From NCBI GenBank assembly GCA_020053155.1, contig JAGVNS010000158.1:1-35212 (forward strand): a stretch of DNA of 35,212 nucleotides. Direction: 5' to 3'. Under the pieces are notes generated by a model. That model ran no database searches. It had not been told where the DNA came from and saw only the letters and a program-made list of their open reading frames with translations. Shown here in pieces: positions 24,778-31,153 of the stretch. The position numbers were made by a program, and so were the translations under genes. How positions within the stretch are numbered: position 1 is the stretch's first letter; every line of letters begins with the position of its first letter. This DNA comes from Nitrososphaerota archaeon (GTDB taxonomy: Archaea > Iainarchaeota > Iainarchaeia > Iainarchaeales > VGJJ01).

Positions 24778-26121
24778 ATGAGTCCTATTCGTGTAAGGGA
24801 GACGTTGGAAGAACGATTGGTCTATTACAACGGGCTTATTCCCGCCACCTACCCTGGCATTTTTCCAAACGATTTTGTCCTGCAGCCACAGGACTGGATT
24901 CTTTCCTCGAACGTGGTTAATCGGCCCTTCGTTAAAGCTAAAATCAATGAGGAATGGAAAATGATTCGACCCATTGGGACGATGGACGTCGAACTTTTGT
25001 CCAATCACATCGTGGAGCGGGCAAAGGCTGGGAAAGTCGATCTGGTGAAGAACTACCCCTGCGGGCTAAAATGTCCGGGCTGTTTTTCGGAAGAGGCAAT
25101 TTATGGGGATGCAACGAACCTAATGAAATGGCAGGAGGTAATGGCCGTCCTTGACGAGGCACAAAAAATAGGATTAACCTCAGTAAAATTTTTAGGACCC
25201 GGAGAAATGTTTCAGAATCCTGACTTATTTGATATTCTCGATGCCTTTGAGGCGCGAAAACTTCCGATTTCCATATTCACCAAAGGTGCTGAACTCGGAG
25301 ACGATGCACTTGCCCAAAGAAGTTTCGGCCATTTAGGAATAATAACGGCAAAACAACTCGTGCAGAAAATAGCCAAGTATTCGATTGTTCGAATCCTCCT
25401 CGGATTTAACTCATTCTTTACCCAACGACAAGACAGTTACGTGGGTTCGCTGCCCGGGAATTCAACCTATTCTTTCAACGACGGAGTTTTCGAAAATAGG
25501 GGCATTTCCGGCTACACCCCTAAACGAAACAATGCCCTTGTCAATCTTGTCGAAGAGGGATTCAATGCTCCGGGAAAGGGACAGCGTCTCACACTCATTA
25601 TGGCCCCTCTCTACAGCATTCAAGTGGATGAAGTGGCCGAAATGTACGAATGGGCAGCCCGTCGAAACATGCCAGTGGTTATTACCCCGACTATGGAATC
25701 CGGCGAAAAATCTCTTCGACTCCGTGCCGTAAACAAAGCCACTGACCCGGAAAACAATTGGATAAAGGAGGCATTATTCAAAGTGTACTCCCGCGCCATT
25801 GAGATCGGGATTCTATCGATTGACCAAGTTGAGACAGAAGGGGTTTCCCCATATTTTGGGTCCAAAGGATGTAACCAAGTGGCAAATGGACTCATGATGC
25901 GACTCAACGGACAAATCAAAATATGCCCCGGCTCCTCACGACCTGAACACATCTATGGAAACATTCACAATAACTCCCTTGCTGAAATTTGGATAAAGAG
26001 CCCGAACTACGCCCTCGGTCCGATGATGAATAATTGGTGTCTAGCAAAACGAGAAGGACTGCCAAAGAAAATGCAGAAAGAAACGCTAGAACAACTCAAA
26101 GCACAATACGCTTCAAAATAA
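24778..26121 (+). CDS. Radical SAM enzyme with an N-terminal extension of about 95 aa and a Cys-containing twitch/SPASM-like C-terminal region; substrate unknown
   Basis: CX3CX2C motif 'YPCGLKCPGC', 'FLGPGEMFQNPDLFDIL' (a GGE-like SAM motif), and a C-terminal 'GSKGCNQVANGLMMRLNGQIKICPGSS...YGNIHNNSLAEIWIKSP...NNWC'. Confidence 0.85.
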   Translation: MSPIRVRETLEERLVYYNGLIPATYPGIFPNDFVLQPQDWILSSNVVNRPFVKAKINEEWKMIRPIGTMDVELLSNHIVERAKAGKVDLVKNYPCGLKCPGCFSEEAIYGDATNLMKWQEVMAVLDEAQKIGLTSVKFLGPGEMFQNPDLFDILDAFEARKLPISIFTKGAELGDDALAQRSFGHLGIITAKQLVQKIAKYSIVRILLGFNSFFTQRQDSYVGSLPGNSTYSFNDGVFENRGISGYTPKRNNALVNLVEEGFNAPGKGQRLTLIMAPLYSIQVDEVAEMYEWAARRNMPVVITPTMESGEKSLRLRAVNKATDPENNWIKEALFKVYSRAIEIGILSIDQVETEGVSPYFGSKGCNQVANGLMMRLNGQIKICPGSSRPEHIYGNIHNNSLAEIWIKSPNYALGPMMNNWCLAKREGLPKKMQKETLEQLKAQYASK

Positions 26122-26340
26122 TCCTTTAAGTGGACCAAGTTGATTTTTCCTATTTTCAAATACAGACTCCTGTTTGATTAAAAAAACTGGCCAACATATA
26201 GTGATGTAAATAGTTCTCTGTACCTTTGAAAATAACTCCCCAATTCTTCCTTCCTCTGCCTGAAGGGAGCTTTATCCAGTCTTCACCTCACATTTATTTG
26301 GTGACTTTCATTTCTTTAGGGTTTTAGGTATTAGATGAGA

Positions 26341-27342
26341 TTATTTTTGGATGACATCTTTTTTTGGGGTGCGCTTCATTAATTTCTCCATGCTCTCCCG
26401 AATGCGCGGGGGTTCCTGATTGAAAAGCAATCCCCCCATGACAAAACTGGGAATGTACCCCACCAAGAAGTACAATACCGAGAAAACAATAGCGGATTCA
26501 GGGGAAACACCGTACGCGGACAACACGATTACCGCTCCTACCTCACGCGTACCAACCCCTGCAACGCCAAAGGGAATAATTTCAATGAGAGAAACAATGG
26601 GAACCGCAATCAATGCCGCGCCCCACCCTACATTAATATGGGCGGCTTGCATGAGAAAGAAACCCATGGTCACGGTCATAAGCCAAGCGCCGATGCCTAA
26701 GAGGAATACCTGAACAACAACCCCCGCGTTTTTTGTAATCAGGGGAACGTTGTCATAGAACTCTTTTCCATGGAGAGAAATCATCTCGCGGAGCGAAGAA
26801 GGAACAAATCGATTGAATACCTTCCAAAGCTTCCCCCCCACACGTCGGTTGAACACCAAAAATATTCCCGCCACAAAGATAAAGCCGAGAAAGAGGAGGA
26901 GGGGAATGGAAACAACCTCCTGACCATTCGTTGAAAAAAGGAACCAGACCCCCAAAAAAGCAAACAAAAAAAGGATGGTTACGTCAATGATTCGGTCCAC
27001 TAATACGGCCAACACGCTGCGTGCCACACCCAATTTGTCATTAATGTACAGCACGCGCACAAAATCCCCAATGCGACCGGGGGTAATGACCCCAATGAAG
27101 AGACCGATAAGCAATGTTTTTGCGGAAGTAGAAAAGGAAATGACCCCCCCCACGGAACGAACGGCCCGTCCCCACTTGAGTATTTTTCCAAGCATGAGAA
27201 CCAACCACACGCCTAACGCCCACGCAATGAAAACAATGTCCACTCCCTGAAGGGTGCGTCCCATGGTTCCAATGTCCAAACGAGTAACGGCCAAATAGAC
27301 AATGAACAATGTTACAAGGATTGAAATCCACGAGAGACGCAT
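26341..27342 (-). CDS. Flippase-like integral membrane protein (LPG_synthase_TM / UPF0104 family)
   Basis: 'ILKWGRAVRSVG' and 'GVITPGRIGDFVRVLY...LVDRIIDV' are the family signature. The profile suggests about 8 TM helices. A TATA-like box lies 28 nt upstream of the ATG. Confidence 0.75.
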   Translation of the reverse strand: MRLSWISILVTLFIVYLAVTRLDIGTMGRTLQGVDIVFIAWALGVWLVLMLGKILKWGRAVRSVGGVISFSTSAKTLLIGLFIGVITPGRIGDFVRVLYINDKLGVARSVLAVLVDRIIDVTILFLFAFLGVWFLFSTNGQEVVSIPLLLFLGFIFVAGIFLVFNRRVGGKLWKVFNRFVPSSLREMISLHGKEFYDNVPLITKNAGVVVQVFLLGIGAWLMTVTMGFFLMQAAHINVGWGAALIAVPIVSLIEIIPFGVAGVGTREVGAVIVLSAYGVSPESAIVFSVLYFLVGYIPSFVMGGLLFNQEPPRIRESMEKLMKRTPKKDVIQK

Positions 27343-27365
27343 GCATCATATCCAGAAAACAGGAA

Positions 27366-27374
27366 GTTAAAAAT
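27366..27374 (-). promoter_or_regulatory. TATA-like box (plus strand GTTAAAAAT)
   Basis: Centred 28 nt upstream of ATG 27342 on the minus strand. Confidence 0.45.
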
Positions 27375-27385
27375 CCCCCACCAAA

Positions 27386-28225
27386 CTATCCAATTTTTTC
27401 CAAACGCTGAATGCGCTCGTAAAGGGAAGGGTGCGTGGCGAACCATCCCATCACCGCGCCTGCAGAAAAAGGATTGGCGATGAACATGTGAGCCGTTCCC
27501 CGATTTGCATCCGTGAAGGGGGTGTGGGAAATTCCTTTCTCCAATTTTTTCAACGCGGACGCGAGGCCGTGTCCCGTGTGCAACGTTTTGGCCGCGGTTT
27601 CATCCGCCAAAAATTCCCGGCTGCGCGAGACGGCCAGTTGAATGAGCATGGCAATGATGGGAATGATAATGGCGATGACAATTAATCCGATGGGATTCTT
27701 CCCCTCACGTTCTCTCCCCCCAAAACCCATCCACAAAATGGAGTGGGCGATGATTCCAATCGCTCCCGCAATGGTCGCCGCCACGGAAGCAATAAGTATG
27801 TCCCGGTTTTGGATGTGCGAAAGTTCGTGGGCAATGACTCCCTCCAATTCATCATCGTTGAGCAACTGCAAAATGCCTTGAGTAAACACCACCGCTGCAT
27901 TTTCGGGACCGCGACCCGTGGCAAATGCATTGGGGGATTTTTCCGAAATGGTGTAGAGGCGAGGCATTTTGGGCAAATGCATCTTTTGAGTGACCCCCCG
28001 AACCAACCGGTGAACCCGCGCCCCTTCGGACGATTTCTCATCCAGGGGTTGGGCATGATACATCCACAATACTATTTTGTCTGAAAAGAAGTAAGAAAAG
28101 CCGTTCATAAGCACGGCAAAAAAGAATGCGACAATCATCCCGTCAAAGCCCCCCACGAGATTTCCAATGACAATCAATATGGCCGTCAGGACCCCTAAAA
28201 AAAAGACCGTTCGCAGTTGTTCCAT
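27386..28225 (-). CDS. htpX: Zinc metalloprotease HtpX (peptidase M48)
   Basis: 'VIAHELSHIQNRD' (the HExxH motif), N-terminal TM helices, and 'REFLADETAAK...THPSLYERI'. The ORF track start at 28234 is a GTG. The ATG at 28225 lies about 12 nt downstream of a strong SD 'AAGGAGGGG'. Confidence 0.9.
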   Translation of the reverse strand: MEQLRTVFFLGVLTAILIVIGNLVGGFDGMIVAFFFAVLMNGFSYFFSDKIVLWMYHAQPLDEKSSEGARVHRLVRGVTQKMHLPKMPRLYTISEKSPNAFATGRGPENAAVVFTQGILQLLNDDELEGVIAHELSHIQNRDILIASVAATIAGAIGIIAHSILWMGFGGREREGKNPIGLIVIAIIIPIIAMLIQLAVSRSREFLADETAAKTLHTGHGLASALKKLEKGISHTPFTDANRGTAHMFIANPFSAGAVMGWFATHPSLYERIQRLEKIG

Positions 28226-28286
28226 GGGATTCACTCCCCTCCTTTTTTACCATGGAGGAGGGGCCAATACGCAAGAAGCGATAAAC

Positions 28287-28296
28287 GTTTTTAAAC
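28287..28296. promoter_or_regulatory. Near-palindromic TATA-like box (GTTTTTAAAC) in the htpX / surface-protein divergent spacer
   Basis: This is the only strong A/T box in 28226..28343. It would give 5' UTRs of about 25-35 nt on both sides, each containing an SD-like G-run (GGAGGGG for htpX, GGGGG for the surface protein). Confidence 0.35.
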
Positions 28297-28343
28297 CACT
28301 TCGCGTACAGTGGGGCTATCCATTCCATTTTGGGGGAAAAACA

Positions 28344-30767
28344 GTGAACCGCAGACTGATAGGGGTCATTTTCATTGGAATCGTCTTTTTGGCATTAGGG
28401 TCTGCAGGATACGCCTCTACCACGCTCGCCATCCAGGGGGCACCCGCCTATGCCAATCAAGACAATGATATCGTGTTCAACTTCATCGCTACCAATCCTG
28501 ATTTTGATGGGCAGATTCAATTAGACACATACAAATACTATTTGAGCACCGACGCTACACTTGAAACAGGGAGCGATACCGAATTCAGTCCCACTCAGTT
28601 TCCTACTCCTTCCGGGGAGTTGACTACCGGAAAGACATTTTCAGGGGTTAAACTGGATTTGAGTTCGCAGAGCGATGGAACGTATTATCTTTTTGTGGAA
28701 ATCACCATTACCCCGCCCCTTGCATCCGAAAGTTCTCCCTCACACCAAATCATCCTGGATAAAACAAACCCGGTCATTGCCCCTTTGGTATTCAACCCTA
28801 TTCCTTTCACCGGGTGGAGCAAGATTCCAATACAGGTAACATCCTCCTGCAACGAGACACCATGCATCATGGAGTATCAAATAGGAAGCGGGACATTAAC
28901 CGCATTCACGAGTCCGCTTACCCTGTCAACGGCCAACGGGACCATTACCCTCAAAGCCACCGATGCTGCGGGAAACACCAGTACGTTGACAAGCACGGAA
29001 ACTCTCCAAATTGACACCAACGCCCCAACGGGATTTTCGATAAACGCCACCACGTCCTACACCAATGATGCAACTCCCGACATCACCATAAACGCCACGG
29101 ATGCGGGAGTGGGGGGAATGAAAGCGTACGTCAAGTGTGAGGGTACAACGGCCGGGACTGAACTATCCATGAGTGGGTCTTCACTTGTGGTGAATAATTT
29201 TGACATTACAACCGGACCGAATTGTATCACATCAAACGGAGACAAGATTCTCAAAATTTTAGTGAAAGATGCATTTGATTTTGAGACCGAAGAAAAGTCC
29301 CTTACCCTAAAATACGATGCCACCCCTCCCGACACGGTGACTTCACTCTCCATTACCAGCACGGGAAGTGACCAAATCTCATTGGACTGGCCCGCCCCCT
29401 CCGATTCGGGAGGGAGCGGAATAAACAACTATGACGTGTATCGTGGCACCACGAATTCCATCCCCGGAAGTGCATTGACCAGCACGAGTGACTCGTCTTA
29501 CACGAATACGGGATTGTCTTCCTGCACCACCTATTACTATTGGGTCAAAGCCCGCGACAACGCAGGAAACGTAGGCCCTGCGAGCAGTGCGCTGGAAGCC
29601 AAAACGAGCGGCTGTTCCGATACCGACCCCGATGATGACCCCCCGATAGACGATAATGACGGGGACGTGATTTCGTGTAACGTCACCCCCACCTACACAA
29701 ATACGGCGCTTTACGCAGGAGAAACCGTCATCATAAAAGTCACCACCAGCACCTCCCAAGTATGGACCCTCCGCGCCAACATCCCAGGAAAATCGGGAAC
29801 CCAGGAGCTGAAAAGCGGAACGGGAAAAGAAGCGAGCGCCTCCCTGAACGTACCCAATCAGGTGGGAAAATCCATTGACATTTTCTACAAATACCAGTCT
29901 GGCTCATGCGGTGCGCCCAAAAAAACATACGTTATCAAAGACCCGGCGACCAAAACCAGTGATGGAGTTAGCGATGGGGACAACACAGGTTCGGGGAGTG
30001 ATGAAGAAGGTTCCTCCCCCCCGCCCATTTTGGGAACAACAACCCCCGTGGAGCCTGTGACGCAGACCATTTCCTTTTCTCCCGACCAAATCCCTGCGCT
30101 GCTCGCCAGTGCGGGATTCAATGCAGAAAACACCCAACTGAAGGAATCCATGGCTTCTTTTTTGGTGCAGTGGAACGTGCTCAAAACCATCACCGTTGTT
30201 CCCTCCGCGGAAAATGGAAAATATTCATTGCGGATGATCATTTCCCTGCAAAACACGGGCAATCAGGGAACCATCAAGCTCATCGAGGAAATCCCCAAGG
30301 AGTTTGCTTCACTCGCAAGCGAACTTGAAAGCGATTATCCCATGACCACATTGAAAGACGACCCCCTCATTCAATTCGAATTGAAGGATTTATATGAAGG
30401 ACAAATGGTCGAAATACAAATCACTGGAAAAACCGTATACGATTCCATTGAAGAGGCCAATCAGAAAGCCGTCGAAATCGCAGAAAAGGGAACGACTCCC
30501 CCGCTCCTTTTTGGAACGGGAACCGCTCGGCCAAACCCAAACGGACGGTCGGATGTATTAGCAGGGTTTTCAGGATTAGTTGGAGCAGTAGGCTCGAATG
30601 GATTGATTATTTTAGGATTCTTGGTAGTCGTGGGATTGGTCATGGTCAGCGTCCGCGTGATTCGCACGAGTGTAGATGGGGCGGATAATCCCATCATCCG
30701 GAGTGCGGCCAATGCCCGCTATGGCAAAACACGGGAAGGAGATTTTTTCATCCGCCGAAAAAAATAG
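28344..30767 (+). CDS. Large secreted, C-terminally membrane-anchored surface protein (Ig-like/FN3 domains, Thr/Ser-rich); candidate S-layer, adhesin or glycoprotein
   Basis: I place the start at the in-frame GTG at 28344 (VNRRLIGVIFIGIVFLALGSAGYA, a signal-peptide-like sequence). The ORF-track ATG at 28167 lies inside htpX. An FN3-like segment at about 29320..29610 reads 'PPDTVTSLSITSTGSDQISLDWPAPSDSGGSGINNYDVYRG...CTTYYYWVKARDNAGNVGP'. An acidic linker reads 'DTDPDDDPPIDDNDGD'. A TM anchor 'GLIILGFLVVVGLVMVSVRVI' lies at about 30598..30663, followed by a basic tail. Confidence 0.75.
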   Translation: MNRRLIGVIFIGIVFLALGSAGYASTTLAIQGAPAYANQDNDIVFNFIATNPDFDGQIQLDTYKYYLSTDATLETGSDTEFSPTQFPTPSGELTTGKTFSGVKLDLSSQSDGTYYLFVEITITPPLASESSPSHQIILDKTNPVIAPLVFNPIPFTGWSKIPIQVTSSCNETPCIMEYQIGSGTLTAFTSPLTLSTANGTITLKATDAAGNTSTLTSTETLQIDTNAPTGFSINATTSYTNDATPDITINATDAGVGGMKAYVKCEGTTAGTELSMSGSSLVVNNFDITTGPNCITSNGDKILKILVKDAFDFETEEKSLTLKYDATPPDTVTSLSITSTGSDQISLDWPAPSDSGGSGINNYDVYRGTTNSIPGSALTSTSDSSYTNTGLSSCTTYYYWVKARDNAGNVGPASSALEAKTSGCSDTDPDDDPPIDDNDGDVISCNVTPTYTNTALYAGETVIIKVTTSTSQVWTLRANIPGKSGTQELKSGTGKEASASLNVPNQVGKSIDIFYKYQSGSCGAPKKTYVIKDPATKTSDGVSDGDNTGSGSDEEGSSPPPILGTTTPVEPVTQTISFSPDQIPALLASAGFNAENTQLKESMASFLVQWNVLKTITVVPSAENGKYSLRMIISLQNTGNQGTIKLIEEIPKEFASLASELESDYPMTTLKDDPLIQFELKDLYEGQMVEIQITGKTVYDSIEEANQKAVEIAEKGTTPPLLFGTGTARPNPNGRSDVLAGFSGLVGAVGSNGLIILGFLVVVGLVMVSVRVIRTSVDGADNPIIRSAANARYGKTREGDFFIRRKK

Positions 30768-30800
30768 GGGCTATGCGAAAAGGGAAGACGAGTCAGATAA

Positions 30801-30941
30801 CTAACGCCTCCGACGCATTGCATAAAGCGAAAAGAGAAAGAGGACCCCCCACCCCAGGGCGAGGGTAGGATAGTCCAGGCTCACGTGAAAGAGTTTGGCT
30901 CCTACCCAAAGCATGAAGGGGAAAAAGAGAAGGGATGTCAT
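30801..30941 (-). CDS. Possible small two-TM membrane protein (46 aa from the ATG; 77 aa from an upstream TTG)
   Basis: 'MTSLLFFPFMLWVGAKLFHVSLDYPTLALGWGVLFLFSLYAMRRRR' has two hydrophobic stretches and a poly-Arg tail. No other support. Confidence 0.25.
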   Translation of the reverse strand: MTSLLFFPFMLWVGAKLFHVSLDYPTLALGWGVLFLFSLYAMRRRR

Positions 30942-31122
30942 CCCCCCCAAACGAACTTTAGGAGGAAGGGGTATTTTTTCCCATTTCCTTGAAAAAAAAA
31001 GGAAAGGGCCATTCCCCCCCAAAACAAAAACCAAACAATGGCTGCCATCGCCCCCAAAAAGAGGAGAATCACCCCCTTCTTGGATTCGGTTGACCCTAAA
31101 AACCCACGTTTGGGGAGGGGAG

Positions 31123-31130
31123 GTTAAAAT
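31123..31130 (+). promoter_or_regulatory. TATA-like box (GTTAAAAT)
   Basis: Centred 27.5 nt upstream of ATG 31154, which implies a leaderless geranylgeranyl reductase mRNA. Confidence 0.45.
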
Positions 31131-31153
31131 GGTTTTGACCCGGCTCCTACATC

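Noticed and set aside
23720-26121. The tandem Lrp-like protein plus radical SAM pair could be an AhbA/AhbB (NirDL-type siroheme decarboxylase) plus AhbC/AhbD/NirJ alternative-haem module, since those decarboxylases are Lrp/AsnC homologs and are often fused.
   Set aside because: I do not see the HNYxR- and NLWF-type motifs I associate with siroheme decarboxylases. Both halves instead look like ordinary HTH plus RAM regulators ('GVFDLMFSI', 'GSWDAELEIES'). The rSAM has an atypical 95-aa N-terminal extension, and no other tetrapyrrole genes are nearby. This is kept only as something a profile search could quickly exclude.
26130-26177. A short ORF immediately downstream of the radical SAM gene (GTG-initiated, 15 codons, 'DQVDFSYFQIQTPV') could be a RiPP precursor peptide.
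   Set aside because: It has a non-ATG start, no SD or TATA signal and no Cys-, Gly- or Ser-rich core. ORFs of this size arise by chance, and there is no support beyond position.
23690-26340. Direct repeats flanking the AT-rich Lrp/rSAM insert, analogous to those around the ATPase gene.
   Set aside because: Comparing 23690..23719 with 26122..26340, I found only trivial A/T-rich matches such as TTTGAA. There is no convincing att-like duplication.
28167-28343. The ATG at 28167 (ORF-track start) or the ATG at 28224 could be the start of the surface protein.
   Set aside because: Both lie inside or against the htpX coding region on the opposite strand. The encoded 59 residues are not signal-like, whereas the in-frame GTG at 28344 is followed directly by a textbook basic-hydrophobic signal sequence and preceded by a G-rich SD-like run.
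30520-30767. The C-terminus of the surface protein could be a PGF-CTERM/archaeosortase sorting signal.
   Set aside because: There is no PGF tripeptide (only 'AGFSGL'). The TM helix is followed by a cytoplasmic tail of about 35 aa rather than a short basic stub, and no archaeosortase gene is in the window.
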